A stretch of 64,000 nucleotides of DNA from Eledone cirrhosa (taxonomy: Eukaryota), in NCBI GenBank assembly GCA_964016885.1, contig OZ024746.1:69998001-70062000 (forward strand), in the 5' to 3' direction. The translations under genes and the position numbers were made by a program. Below the pieces are notes generated by a model that worked only from the letters and a program-made list of their open reading frames with translations, did not search any database and had not been told where the DNA came from. Shown here piece by piece: positions 26,696 through 40,329 of this stretch. How positions within the stretch are numbered: position 1 is the first letter of the stretch; the number at the start of each line of letters is the position of its first letter.

Positions 26696-27327
26696 GTTCC
26701 TTCCTTTCTTTCTCCTATGTTTCTTCTGCTCTTTTAATTCTGTCTTCGTTCTTTTCTTTCTTCCATTCGTCTTCCGGTTTGTTTTCTACCTAGATACAGA
26801 TTTCTATGAAGATCTAATCGACTCTGAACGCCAGCACGGTATTCCCGTTAAGTGCAACACAAAGACTAACTTAGCAATCACCTGCAATGCACATAGCATG
26901 GGTGCAAGCGAAGATAACAAATATAACAAAAACACACACAAACACACGGACAAACACAAATAAATGTATATATACTCAAACACGAATACACAAATGCATC
27001 ATAAAATACGCACATCTTTTCGACAATATTGGTTCCCCCTCTCCTCTTGCTGTCTGCTGCAAAGATCGATTCTAACTGATTCTAAATATGGATTTTCCCC
27101 ATCTCTTTTCTCTAATGTTTATTCCTTTTAAGTAGCCAAGCATGATATTAATTGATATGTTGCTACGCCCGAGTAATATTAATGGATTAACAAAGTTTTC
27201 TCGTGTAAAAAAACATTTCCCCCCGTATCTTGGAATTGGTGTGTCAAAGTTTCAAACTTTCAGAGAACTTCTGTAGTTTAGAGAAGAAAACAAAAATCAA
27301 GCAAAGCAATTTACAAAGAATATATAC

Positions 27328-27401
<74 letters not shown>

Positions 27402-27572
27402 ATTGTTTCTACTTTAGGCACAAGGCCAGCAATTACCCAGTGCATTACTGGTACTTTATTTTATCGACCCCGTAATATAATGATATTAAATAAGTATAAT
27501 AGTATCCAAGGAAAACTTGAACCGTTAAGGTATTTTTCCTTGATTATGTCAAAATTTATAAAACAAACTTTG

Positions 27573-27633
27573 TATTTTATCTGATGAAAGCGTACCAAAG
27601 TTTTGGTACCCTTGAAATATATATAATAGAATA
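27573..27633 (+). ncRNA. Type I hammerhead-like motif in a PLE remnant (about 27475-27770)
   Basis: TATTTTAT CTGATGA AAGcGTACCAA agtt TTGGTACcCTT GAAATATATATA ATAGAATA; short IR at 27479/27662; tail ending in (TA)n. Confidence 0.65.
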
Positions 27634-27767
27634 AATATGCTTTTATAAATATAGTTTCCATTTATTTAATATCATTGAATTTAACTCCAGATAAATTGTC
27701 GAGTGCTTTGAATCAGTTATAATCATTTATGTTTGTTGAATTACCAACAAATTGAATATCCCTTTTG

Positions 27768-27828
<61 letters not shown>

Positions 27829-27832
<4 letters not shown>

Positions 27833-27888
27833 CAGAAATAGCCGTCGAAACGGCTTGAGCTCTGCCGTCGGGGTCATACATTTTCCTA
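27829..27888 (+). mobile_element. Family-1 PLE end with hammerhead 3' half, between (TA)n tracts
   Basis: tagccgtcgaaacggcttgagctctgccgtcggggtc. Confidence 0.7.
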
Positions 27889-27899
27889 TATATATATAT

Positions 27900-28048
27900 A
27901 ATTGTTTCTACTTTTGGCACAAGGACACCAATTAACCACTACATTACTGGTACTTTATTTTATCGACCCCGTAAGGATGAAAGGCAAAGTTAACCTCGGC
28001 GGGATTTGAACTCAGAATGGCAAGGGCCGTAACTCTATACGTCAAAGC
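27900..28048 (-). mobile_element. tRNA-derived SINE, truncated where the PLE tail begins
   Basis: SINE core; partial copy also at 27404-27471. Confidence 0.8.
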
Positions 28049-28457
28049 TACCAGTAGCTAAGATGCTTCCATAGGCGGTATGCCGGTTGAGCACTCTATG
28101 CTCATACGGAGCAGAGTATTATAGAATGGAAAACGAAAAATCAGTGATGCATCGGAACTCAATTTATTGTGTGTTACAATTGTTTCCCCGGCGAACAGCT
28201 CGAGGTGCGATCTGTGTGTGGAACCACCTGACTCTAAACTCGCAGGTTCCTCGGATACGTCTATTTATTTCAGAGCACACAGATCGTACCTCGAGCTGTT
28301 CGTTCTCCGAAATCAATAGACGTGTCCGAGGAACCTGCGAGTTTAGAGTCAGGTCGATCCACACACAGATCGCACCTCGAGCTGTTCGCCGGAGAAACAA
28401 TTGTAACACACAATAAATTGAGTTCCGATGCATCACTGATTTTTCGTTTTCCATTCT
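28049..28457 (-). mobile_element. PLE-like fold-back terminus (family 2) with tail
   Basis: IR arms about 28123-28270 / 28312-28457; homologous to 15274-15648; tail 28049-28122. Confidence 0.75.
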
Positions 28458-28490
28458 CTCTCTCTCTCTCTCTCTCTCCCTCTCTCTCTC

Positions 28491-28527
<37 letters not shown>

Positions 28528-29333
28528 TGAAGAAATAAGGGATGAAACCGGAATCAAAACGGAATCGAAACCGTAACGTGGAGTTTAAGTATGTAGGGTA
28601 CAGAAGCTCCAAAGTTTCAGAATGACAAATTGAGGCTGTAACATTTATACATTTTACCGAAGTTTATTTAAAGACGTTAGCAAAGTTAAATGATTTAAAC
28701 CAGAAATCAAGACTCCATCGTCGATTCAGTGATATCAATTCTCGTTCTGCTGCCTAGCTTCCTCTGGATGAAATACAATATTGTAGCATTCATGCTTTTC
28801 TAAACATTCTTAACAACATAAGCTAAGTGAAGTAATAGATTTCTTTCTCCAATAATTACGACGTCTCTGCTTTTTGAGCGGAAGGGAATATGATGTGATG
28901 TTCATGTAAATGTTAAAAGCGAAGAAAGTTAACTAGAATGGACTCAAATGATTATCGAAACTTGGCAGCTGTTTCATACATACTCCACTGTGTATTTGAG
29001 ATCAGTTAGCTAAGTTTTCCAATTAGCTAGTATTGAAAAAGGATAAGATCAAATCTGAGTGATGATAGAAAAGCAAATTAAAAACTAGAATGACAATACA
29101 AATACCTGGGAGCATTGTGGATATCTTTCTAGATAGATATGATTGTAAAAAAAACAAAAACAAAAAAGACCCCACCCGCACCCTCCCAAAAAACATGGAC
29201 AGAAGAAGAAAAGCGCCTTCTGTAGTAATTTAACAGCTGATATGAACTAAAGAAAATCCAGTATCCATTTCTTCTTAGTTTACCCGAGTGTTTTTACTAC
29301 TTCGATATCTTATAACTTCCATCACACACACAC

Positions 29334-29490
<157 letters not shown>

Positions 29491-30008
29491 TACATATATA
29501 ACTTTATCGCCCACTTCGGCTGCTAGTGCACTTCTTAATGAGTATCTTTATTAATTACCAACAAGAGCACTAATAATATGCAAATTAGCACAACCATTTC
29601 AGAATAATACTAACAGCGAATGGGCATATAAGCCCATTAAATACATGTTCCTTTGTGGTCGTTTGGGTGATAATCATCCTTTAGGTCCGAAAATCGATTA
29701 ATGGCGTTTATCATATTTTTTTCAATTTACAGGGAAATTCATATTTTCTGGCATATTTACATGGCCACATTTTAGATATATGTATATTTATACAGATTGA
29801 GGCAGTCTCGGCCACCCCTCTGTATATATACGGATATAACTTTCTCGTACACCTCGGCTGCCAGCGCACTTCTTTAATATAGCTGACAGCGCATTGTGTT
29901 CTTGAGCAAAATACTATCATACATTTCGCGTTGTTCATCCACCCAAGAGTTGTAACAGACTGATGGCCTCAGTAATTAAAAGATCATTCTTTCTTTAGTC
30001 CGAACTGT

Positions 30009-30042
30009 CGATCGGTTCCTTTCCTTTCCTGTATATAGATAT

Positions 30043-30078
<36 letters not shown>

Positions 30079-30156
30079 GCGCGCACATATATATATGTGC
30101 GCGCGTGTGTGTGTACATATCTATATACAGGAAAGGAAAGGAAAGGAACCGATCGT
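30009..30156. repeat. Palindrome containing mirrored microsatellites
   Basis: cgatcggttcctttcctttcctgtatatagatatgtac(ac)n gcgcgc acatatatatatgt gcgcgc(gt)n gtacatatctatatacaggaaagg..aaccgatcg. Confidence 0.85.
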
Positions 30157-30431
30157 AAGAAAAACCACAGACCCTCCATCTCAACTCTACTTTTGAAAAG
30201 CAGAAGAACTGCGAAACCGGTAAAGGAACCAAATAAATATATATATTTTTTTTTAAAATAAGACTCCAGTTGCATTTTCGATTTCATCTTTTTTTCTTTA
30301 TACTTTCACTCGTGTAGGACACCTCGGTCTTTTTTTCAATTTGTAAAAAAACCTCACTTTCTAATATATATACAAGATGGCGTAGGACAGAACAAAGGAG
30401 AGGAACAAAAACAAAGAAAAGAATCCCCAGT

Positions 30432-30704
30432 GATTGACTGAAGTGGTCACAGAATGTGTGACGAAAGAACTTTGACAATATAAGAACAATCGTCTGGTTG
30501 TGGAACCAACCAACCAACCAACCGGAAATTTATAAATTTATAAATTGCTAAATTTATAAATTTATAAATTTAATTTATAATAAATTGAAGTGAAAGCAAC
30601 TGGTGCGTATGTTTCTTATTGGCAACATGACCCTCCCAAAGCATAACAATATCGGTTTCAACACACGTTTTCAGATAAAGAATCTTGCTAAACAAATTCA
30701 GAAA

Positions 30705-30710
<6 letters not shown>
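30432..30710 (+). mobile_element. PLE end (family 5) with hammerhead-like motif and tail
   Basis: CTGAAGTG GTCACA GAATG TGTGAC GAAAG at 30438-30467; tail ttattggcaacatgaccct..aaattcagaaa also at 31772-31869 and 53683-53782. Confidence 0.7.
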
Positions 30711-30780
<70 letters not shown>

Positions 30781-30783
<3 letters not shown>

Positions 30784-31010
30784 CTCCGAATCTAGCTGTC
30801 GAAACGGCCGGAGCTCAGCCGTCGGGGGTTCCTGACTCTTTTTCTATTACCTACTCTACTACCCTAAGTATCGAGTACTCTGGTGCGTTATGGTTCACAT
30901 GGTTCCTTACCACACTTCCTTCGTTATAAATAAATATATATTTATATATACATACATAGAGTGCTCAACTGGCATACCGCCTATGGACGCATCCAAGCAA
31001 CCTTACTACA
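30781..31010 (+). mobile_element. Family-1 PLE end plus tail (30781-30925), then family-2 tail (30958-31010)
   Basis: Homology to 7160-7294 and to 15595-15648 / 28049-28097. Confidence 0.75.
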
Positions 31011-31016
31011 TATATA

Positions 31017-31742
31017 TATATGAAAGACGTAAAATAAGAAAATTATAATAATTAACTTACTTACTTAAGTTTCACTCTAACTTTCAGAAACTAATTAGTT
31101 GGAGTGAAACTTAAGTAAGTAAGTTAATTATTATAATTTTCTTATTTTACGTCTTTCATATAATTGTTCTACATTTTTGTATTGAACCACAAAGTTACTA
31201 AGACAAAACCTATATCTTGCTAGCATAAGTATACTTCTGTATAAATATGTTGGTAGATATACTAATTCTTTATAATTATCTCCAAATTATTTGTTGAGCA
31301 AAAATTTGCCTGAATTACTACTATGATTCATAGTAATATTTTGGCTACTGTCTTTTTAACACCCCCACTCCTCACTGATTAACCTCAATGTCACGTGATT
31401 GATTCTTTTGAATTTGCCACTGACCGAGAAGGTAGTGAAATTTTCAGTGTCTTGAAATTTAGTCCGCGCTTACTTCTTTTCCATTCACTGAATTATTTTT
31501 GTTTGAGATCCCTGTGTCTGCCTATCACCAGGGATCGTAGCCGAGAATTGACTCCCTGATGAAGAAAGGAATTCTCCATGGTTTTGAACACTATGTATAT
31601 CCCCTTTCAGAAACTAATTAGTTGGAGTGAAACTTAAGTAAGTAAGTTACTTATTATAATTTTCTTATTTTACGTCTTTCATATAATTGTTCAACATTTT
31701 TGTATTGAACCACAAATATGTTGGTAGATATACTAATTTTTT
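31017..31742 (+). mobile_element. PLE remnant: fold-back 31017-31161 plus direct pLTR-like repeat (31081-31192 = 31604-31715)
   Basis: Inverted and direct repeats read directly; hammerhead at 31551-31628. Confidence 0.75.
31551..31628 (+). ncRNA. Type I hammerhead-like motif with a long loop II
   Basis: ACTCC CTGATGA aGAAAGG..CCTTTCa GAA ACTAATTAGT T GGAGT; stem I ACTCC/GGAGT; palindromic stem III; 10.1-11.1 position mismatched (A/A). Confidence 0.65.
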
Positions 31743-31918
31743 ACACACACACACACACATATATATATATATGTTTCTTATTGGCAACATGACTCTCCCA
31801 AAGTATAACAATATCGGTTTCAACACACGTTTTCAGATAAAGAATCTTGCTAAACAAATTCAGAAACGATATATATATATATATATATATACACACATGT
31901 ATATATATATATATATAT

Positions 31919-32011
<93 letters not shown>

Positions 32012-32399
32012 GGGGGGGGGGGGGTATATGTGCATGTGCGTGTTGAGGTGATTGATGGTAGGTGTACAAAAGAAAGAAAAGTGCACTCAACAAGTGCCGG
32101 GGAATATTTATTACGATACTTGAAGTTTTACAGAAACCAGATCGTATCGTTCGGACGGTTAACTTGTAAGTGGTGAAGATATTGGGGTGGTTGGGGGTGA
32201 TTTCACAGACTCGAAGATTGATTTTTTTTGTTGGATCGTGAATGGGAATCGTTCGTATTTGCCGCTCCGTATCACATGATGGAATCATTAACTTTGCATA
32301 TGCTGGTTGCTATTGAATTCAAGTTTTTAAAAGTCAATGAAGGTAAGCTAATTAAAGCTGATGTCGTACACTTAACCACACGAGAGCCCCGTTGTTGGT

Positions 32400-32920
32400 A
32401 ACAAAATCTTGAAGGATACAATGGAGTATACCAATATTTGGAGCAAAAGAAAATTGGGGGCATGAGTATTAACCCCTAATGAGATAATATTAACAACTAG
32501 AGAGCCTTGTCGCCAGCAGTGCAATAACAATTTAGTTGTCTTGTTAAGGAACACTTCGAAATTTTGCAGTATATACCTGGACGACAGATGCTCGTTCTGA
32601 ACGAGTAGGGAGGGGTCATTTTGAGTATGTTCCAGGTTAATCTGAACTGGACATTCTAGATTAAAACAGGACCGGGAGGTTGAGTTTTCCCTGTCCCTAG
32701 ACCTACAGGATTTCACATGCTGAGTAAGCCGTGCCTCAAAGTCATAGACTGTAAATTCGTGTAGTTCCTTTAGATACCACCAAGTGGGATAAGAATCACC
32801 CCATTTACATTTGGAAAGCAAATCCTCGATGGATAGGGAACATGATTTTGATAGTTTCAATTGATTATTTGGGATGAAGCGTGTATGGGCGTATATTTTA
32901 TTTTTCTGTTGAAACAAGCG
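32400..32920 (-). pseudogene. Degenerate PLE GIY-YIG-like fragment
   Basis: CKWGDSY...ARLTQHV...EHL..Y..QNFEVF resembles a Penelope endonuclease; frameshifted. Confidence 0.45.
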
Positions 32921-33178
32921 ATATTGGAAATGATGTCAATTAGTCAAGAGTATCATCTTAACACTGTGAGTATTAAAACACTTGTGATATTAATGCATGT
33001 TTGGAAAGTGTTAGCTAATAAATGACAAAATGTTCGCGGCTGTGTTTGTGAAAACATACAGGTTGACTGAATAGATGATTGAGCAACTATCGTCAGAGAT
33101 GGGAAGGGAGATCATGCTTCTCTAACGATATATGTCTCTTTCTCTCTCTATATAGATATGTATGTATCTTTTAATTTG

Positions 33179-33262
<84 letters not shown>

Positions 33263-33265
33263 ATA

Positions 33266-33353
33266 TAGGAAAAGAGTGAGGACTCGGCCGTAACCCTAAG
33301 TATCGAGTACTCTGGTGCGTTATGGTCCACCTCGTTTCTTACCACATCCTCTT

Positions 33354-33358
<5 letters not shown>
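33266..33358 (+). mobile_element. Family-1 PLE tail in microsatellite
   Basis: ccctaagtatcgagtactctggtgcgttatggtccacct..cttaccacat followed by (TA)n. Confidence 0.75.
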
Positions 33359-33421
<63 letters not shown>

Positions 33422-33619
33422 ACTAGAAATTGATTGACATATATATATATATTTTTAAAATAACCACATCAAAACAATCACTGGGGATAATTTGTAAAGT
33501 GTGTAATCACACATAGCTAGGTAGGTAACTAATTAAAGTTTAACTAGAGCTTCAAATATTACCATTTAATTAAATTTATTTCGGATAGAGTATATGCTTT
33601 CATATACACCTCTATAGTT

Positions 33620-33752
33620 ACGTCCCTTTACGATCTGAGTTCAAATCCCGCCGAGGTTGACTTTGCCTTTCATCCTTACGGGGTCGATAAAATAAAGTAC
33701 CAGTAATGCACTGGGTAATTTGCTGGCCTTGTGCCTAACGTAGAAACAATTA
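33620..33752 (+). mobile_element. tRNA-derived SINE
   Basis: gagttcaaatcccgccgaggttgactttgcctttcatccttacggggtcgataaa. Confidence 0.85.
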
Positions 33753-34292
33753 TTATGAACCACTTAATGTTAGCGCTTCTGCTAATTAATCCTAACTAGT
33801 CAAATTCGCACAATATGCAAATCAGCATCTCCTGCTGATGTTTTATACACAAAAGGTATATGAGCTATAGCTTATTCTTGTCATAGTACTGCTTGAGTAA
33901 ATGTCACTGATGACGCATAAACATCTAGAAACATGTGTCTGACGTTCTCATACAGCTACTGAAATAGCGGAGACTTACTCACAACTTAATACATTCATAG
34001 CGAGATAAAAATATCATATATGTCTTCATATACGTCTCTCTCTCTATATATATATATGCATATATACATATATATACACACATAAATGTAATTATGCACA
34101 CGCACGCACGCACACACACACACATATGTATATATATATATATATATACACACACTTATATATATATATACACATACACATTTGACGGTGGCCTTGCAGG
34201 TTTATTGTACCAAATTTCCTCACCTATTTACTTATAGTTTATAGTGGTTGACTATTATTATAGTCATTAGCGCTGGGAGGGTCACATTTCAA

Positions 34293-34429
<137 letters not shown>

Positions 34430-34487
34430 CATATATATATAAATATATATAAATAAAAATATATATATATTACACATATATACATAC

Positions 34488-34518
<31 letters not shown>

Positions 34519-35824
34519 TATAAACTATAAAGGAGCAATGATCTAGAGATAGACTATAAATATCAATAAAATCTATCAATAGGTTTCCCATCGGAAACAA
34601 CAAGATGAACGAAAAGCGAAATAAAATGATTAAAAGAAACAAACATTGAAAACCATAAATAAAACTAGATGAAGGGGAGTGACTGACTAATATACGTACA
34701 CACATACATGTATACATATATACTTATATACCTACCTACATACATACATGCTTACATACATAAATACATGCTTACATACATACACACACATATATATATA
34801 TATGTACGCATATACTTATACATATATACATAGATATACACACACATGTATGTATCCATATATATACTTATATATGCATATATGTAATATATATATATAT
34901 ATATTTATATACATATATATTTGACAAGAAAGCCATAGATAAAGAGGGACAAGTCTGTAAGAGGAGATAGAATTAAGAGAAGATACAAGTAGAAAAAAAA
35001 GTAGTTAAAAAATAGATATAATTTCTATTCTGTCAAGTCTTCTATCCATCTCCTACACTGAAGAAAACCAGTCAGTTTTTTTCTGTATTTTCTTTTTTGT
35101 ATGTTCATGCTGAACAGTTTGAGCTTTTCACTTAATTCAATCATGTTCAACGGAAAGGCAAGAAAATTGTTCTTCTTTAGCAAAATAATTTAGTTCTGTA
35201 GTGAGATTCTGGGTAACAAGATGAAATTACAATTTTTATTTTATTTTATTTTATTTTATTTTATTTTATTTTACTATTATTTTTTTTTTTTTGGTTTTTG
35301 GCTCTATTTATTTATTTTTATTATTTTAGGGTAGATAGATTCAATCGATGATACGTCCGCAAAATAAGATGCGATGATATCAATCTATAGTTTATCACAG
35401 TACTTTAGAGATTATCTGTTTATCTATGGCAAACTTCGTTTCCTTCCTTTCTAAGTGACTTTCGGGTCTGATTGACCGTTGAAAATGATATTTTGGCAAA
35501 GATTTCCAATGAATAACTATAGTAATTCAGGAAAATTTAGCACATCCCTTCAACAAGCCACATTGTAACACAAATCAATACATGAGTACATAAATAAATA
35601 AATATTGGCTGTTGTAGTAGTAAGGTGTAGTTTAGTGATATCAGCGTTATATTAGTTGATTTATAAGCAAAATAATAAAAAACGGATAGATGACCACTCC
35701 TCAATACAAATATATTTGATTGCTTTCTTCAGTAATCAGGAATATTTGTTGTTATTTTTTTGTTTCTCTTTTGCTGAGCCATGTAACTCATTTTGTAAAG
35801 AGATAGGCAGAGAGAGAGAGAGAT

Positions 35825-35868
<44 letters not shown>

Positions 35869-35930
35869 TCAGAGACAGTCAGAGAAAGTGAGAGAGAGGG
35901 TGTGTGTATGTACCTCATTTTGCAAAGAAG

Positions 35931-36007
<77 letters not shown>

Positions 36008-36010
<3 letters not shown>

Positions 36011-36190
36011 GTTTCTACTTTAGGCACAAGGCCAGCAATCATCCAGTGCATTACTGGTACTTTATTTTATCGACCCCGTAAGGATGAAAGGCAAAGTCAA
36101 CCTCGGCGGGATTTGAACTCAGATCTTAAAGGGACGTAACTATGCTGGAAAGCATGGCGTCCGACTCTCTACCGATACTGCCAATCCACA
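36008..36190 (-). mobile_element. tRNA-derived SINE
   Basis: SINE core. Confidence 0.85.
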
Positions 36191-36445
36191 ATAGAGAAGT
36201 TCAAGTATCTTGGGACTGTGTTCATGAGTGATGGAAGGCAGGAGGCTGAATTAAGTGCAAGAATTGCAGGAGATGGTGCAGTAGTGTGCCAGCTTCAGCA
36301 GTCGGTTATCAGAATAAGGGACGTAGGGTTGGCACACAATTTGGTATGTGTGCCAACCCTTACCAATGGTCATGAATCTTGGGTAACGACCGAAAGAATA
36401 TGATCGCGAATACAAGCGGCCGTAATGGGATTTCTCCGAAGTAGC
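36191..36445 (+). pseudogene. RTE-clade LINE RT C-terminal fragment
   Basis: EKFKYLGTVFMSDGRQEAELSARI..PTLTNGHESWVTTERI*SRIQAA; overlaps in sequence with 60925-61020. Confidence 0.75.
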
Positions 36446-36469
36446 AGTCAAGGGTGGTCGAATGTTGTG

Positions 36470-37255
36470 ATTATTAGTGAGGTAACAGTCGCGGGGGGAG
36501 TGCTGTGATTGTTAGTGAAGTATCAGTTCTAATTGCTGTGATTGTTAGTGAAATAGCAGTCCTGATTGGTGGGATTGTTAGTGAAGTGTCTGTCCTGATT
36601 GGTGGGATTGTTAGTGAAGTAGCAGTCCTGATTGGTGGGATTGTTAGTGAAGTGTCTGTCCTGATTGCTGTAATTGTTAGTGAAATAGCAGTACTGCTTG
36701 GTGTGATTGTTAGTGAAATATCAGCCATTATTGGTGGGATTGTTAGTGAAGTAGCAGTCCTGATTGGTGGGATTGTTAGTGAAGTGTCAGTCCTGATTGG
36801 TGGGATTGTTAGTGAAATAGCAGTACTGCTTGGTGTGATTGTTAGTGAAATATCAGCCCTGACTGGTGGGATTGTTAGTGAAGTAGCAGTCCTGATTGTT
36901 GGGATTGTTAGTGAAGTAGCAGTCCTGATTGGTGGGATTGTTAGTGAAATAGCAGTCCTGATTAGTGGGATTGTTAGTGAAATATCAGCCCTGACTGGTG
37001 GGATTGTTAGTGAAGTAGCAGTCCTGATTGTTGGGATTGTTAGTGAAGTAGCAGTCCTGATTGGTGGGATTGTTAGTGAAGTTTCAGTCCTGATTGGTCG
37101 GATTGTTAGTGAAATAGCAGTCCTGATTAGTGGGATTGTTAGTGAAGTGTCTGTCCTGATTGCTGTGATTGTTAGTGAAATAGCAGTACTACTTGGTGTG
37201 ATTGTTAGTGAAATATCAGCCCTGATTGGTGGGATTGTTAGCGAAGTAGCAGTTG
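36470..37255. repeat. 33-bp minisatellite, about 23 copies
   Basis: Unit attgttagtgaagtagcagtcctgattggtggg; produces the spurious 296-aa IVSEVAVLIGG ORF. Confidence 0.95.
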
Positions 37256-38529
37256 AGGGTGAGAGAATAACTGAGATTGATAGTGTGTCAGATAAAATGA
37301 CTTACAATATCTGCTTCACTTCTTCGTATTCTCAGTTCAAATATTTTCTCAGAACTAATATATTTTCTGTATCTCAGATAATAGCAATAGGTTGATAGAA
37401 ATGAACTATATTTTCCTTGTTTTCTAACTAAATTTTAGTGAACTGAAACTGAAGATCACTGCAATGAAAAATACAATACCTCACTATTATCAATTGAAAT
37501 CTTACCGAATACGACGCTTCCTCATTTCGCTTGAATCGAATCGATAACCAAAACACTAGTGTAATATTGTCTGTAGTCAATCTATATACTTTTCCCCTTC
37601 AACACCTGGCCTTTGCCAAGTTAAAAACAAATTACTCTTTCTTTATTAAGTATTATATGAGAAATTTGAATTCTTTTGTATTATTTAAAAATATTTCCTT
37701 TGGCATGTCAATATGATATTTACAATATAGTGATAGCAGAATTCTTAGCTAATCTACTTTGAAGTAAAATTTATCTTCGGGCAGGTTAAGAAAAGGATTT
37801 AAATAAGGTGATGAGATCTTTCCGGCGATAAGAAACATAATTAAATAATATCTAGAATCCTGATAAAAGGCGTAACAACAAAGTAGAATTTAATTCAATT
37901 TTAATAATTAATACAAATTAATTCACTAAAGTGCCATAATTTATTTGGTGGGTGGGTTTTTCTTAGAGAAAATCTTGGAAGTGGTTCAAAATACAATAGG
38001 CATTTTAAATAATTTAAAGAATTTTAGTGATTGCATTGCTTTATATCATGGGAATATGAAGTCTACGAGGCTAGGCTTTCAATTGAAATTGATTGTATTC
38101 ACTGACCTTTTGACCTGTCTTCTTAACCTCCAGCTCCCTGCTCGTTATTTTTGAACAAAATATTCATGAATATCCCAAGAAAATTGTTTTTTAGTAGTCT
38201 TTAGCACGTTTGATCTCCTGCATTTTAAAATAGTTTTACAAACTACTAATTCTTTTCTTTCACACATTTCCTTCCCTCTCAACCTCTTTCCTAATTTTTC
38301 TATTCATTATCCCTTCTTTGTTTTTTTTTAAATTTCTTCATTCTATTATTCATTGATTGTTTTGTTTTTTTCCTGAGTTTTTTCTTCATCTATTAGCAAC
38401 TTGTTTTATCAGCCAACACTTTATCATAATTTCATAGCAATTGATATGAATATAGGTCAGACATCATTCATATAATTTGTGATGACCGGATACGTGCTGA
38501 TAGTTTGCCAACTATATAATAATACCTAA

Positions 38530-38987
38530 CATAGGTATAAGACCAGAAATTTTGGCGAGGGCAGGGGAAAACAGTTGATTACATCAACACCAGAACTTGA
38601 CTGGTACTACATTTTGTCAATTCTGAAAGGGTGATAGGCAAAGTTGACAAAGCAGGCGTTTGAACTCGCAACGTAAAGCGCTACAATAAATACCGGAACA
38701 CATTTTATCCGATACACTGACTATTTTGCCAATCCATTGAACTGGAAGGCGGGAATGTCATATCATAACGATTTCTAATATAGGCACAAGGCCAGTAATT
38801 TTTTTTTGGGGGGGGGGGGGCGATTAAATCGACCCCAGTACGTTACTGGTGCTTTATTTTATCAAGCCCGTAATGATAAAAGGCAAAGTTAACCTACGCG
38901 GGATTTGAACTCAGACCATAAAGGACCGTAACTCTATGTTGCAAAGCATGGTGTCCGACACTCTACCAATACTGCCAATCCACCGCT
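38530..38987 (-). mobile_element. Two tandem tRNA-derived SINE copies
   Basis: 38530-38735 (diverged) and 38772-38987. Confidence 0.8.
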
Positions 38988-39014
38988 CTGGAATGTCATA
39001 TCATAATACGTGAT

Positions 39015-39665
39015 AGTGTCAGACGCCATAGTGGTGTCTGACGTCACAGTGATGGTGTCTGGCGTCATAGTAATGTTGTCTAATGTCAGAGGGATATCTA
39101 ATGTCAGAGTGGTGTCTGATGCTAGTGATGGTGTCTGACGTCATAGTGGTGTCTGACGTCATAGTAGTGTCTGACGTCACTGTGGTGTCTGACGTCATAG
39201 TGGTGTCTGACGTCACAGAGATGGTGTCTGACGCCATAGTGGTGTCTGACGTCATAGTAGTGTCTGACGCCCCAGTGGTGTCTGACGTCATAGTAGTGTC
39301 TGACGTCACAGTGGTGTCTGACGTCATAGTGGTGTCTGACGTCATAGTGGTGTCCGACGTCACAGTGATGGTGTATGACGTCATAGTAGTGTCTGATGCC
39401 ACAGTGGTGTCTGACGTCACAGTGGTGTTCGACGTCATAGTGGTGTCTGACGTCACAGTGATGGTGTCTGACGTCATAGTGGTGTCTGACGTCACAGAGA
39501 TGGTGTTTGACGTCATAGTGGTGTCTGACGTCACAGTGATGGTGTCTAATGTCATAGGGATATCTGATGTCACAGTGGTGTCTGATGCTACAGTGATGGT
39601 GTCTGACGTCATAGTGGTGTCTGACGTCACAGTGATGGTGTCTGACGTCATAGAGGTGTCTGACA
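39015..39665. repeat. 18/21-bp minisatellite rich in TGACGTCA
   Basis: Unit gtggtgtctgacgtca(t/c)a with optional gtg+a extension; about 21 perfect TGACGTCA counted by eye. Confidence 0.95.
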
Positions 39666-39799
39666 TCCCATTCGTGAGACACCTTGCTACTAAATAAGGT
39701 AAGGAGTAAAGAAGAGGGTAATACTACATCTCTCAGTTCACTTAGCAGTTTGAAAACAGGTCCCAGATTTATAGACTGTTTAATATCTCACTGTTTGAG

Positions 39800-40300
39800 G
39801 GTTAGTCAGCCTCGTTGTCCCAACGGATAGAATGGAGAAGACGTTGTCCCAGGGGGTGGCGAGGGAGACACGCTAGAACTATCAAACAGATTAACGGGCT
39901 CGTTCTTGCGGGTAGCCAACTCCGATCCGATAGGAGCGAGTAAAGAGGTGGTCCGGAGGTCAAGAGCACCGGAAATTTCTACCGCCACAGACTCAACTAC
40001 AAACCTATCGGAGATCGACCAATACTTCAACAATTTGCCCTCTTCAGCCTGGTGAGCAGCCAAGCCTGTTTAGTCTCCGAATGCACCATGTTGCCGCTGG
40101 AGAAGGTATCGAAACGTGTAGCATTCCAGATGAGGGCCCTACCAGCACGGAACCAGAAGATTGTCATGTCGTTCCGTCTTTTATGATTAACGATCTAGTG
40201 TTAAAGATGTTTAGGGCCTGGTTCAGACCAGATCTCCTGGTGGGTACGAAATGGAATGAATCTATAAGTAGGGTTATCAGTTGCCCACACACCCAGAAAT
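39800..40300 (-). pseudogene. C-terminal restriction-like endonuclease (RLE) fragment of a CRE-like non-LTR element
   Basis: WNATRFDTFS..AAHQAEEGKLLKY..SDRFVVESVAVEISGA..LLAPIGSELATRKNEP resembles the WD.T..DT..AA..AE..K..KY...F.P.AVET.G pattern. Confidence 0.65.
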
Positions 40301-40329
40301 AAGTTGAGACAAAACTAATGCTGATAGGT

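Noticed and set aside
36505-37395. 296-aa hydrophobic repeat ORF
   Set aside because: Product of a 33-bp minisatellite with a non-ATG start and no splice or domain evidence.
39019-39697. Mucin-like TSDTT and His-rich ORFs
   Set aside because: Several frames on both strands are open because unit lengths are multiples of three.
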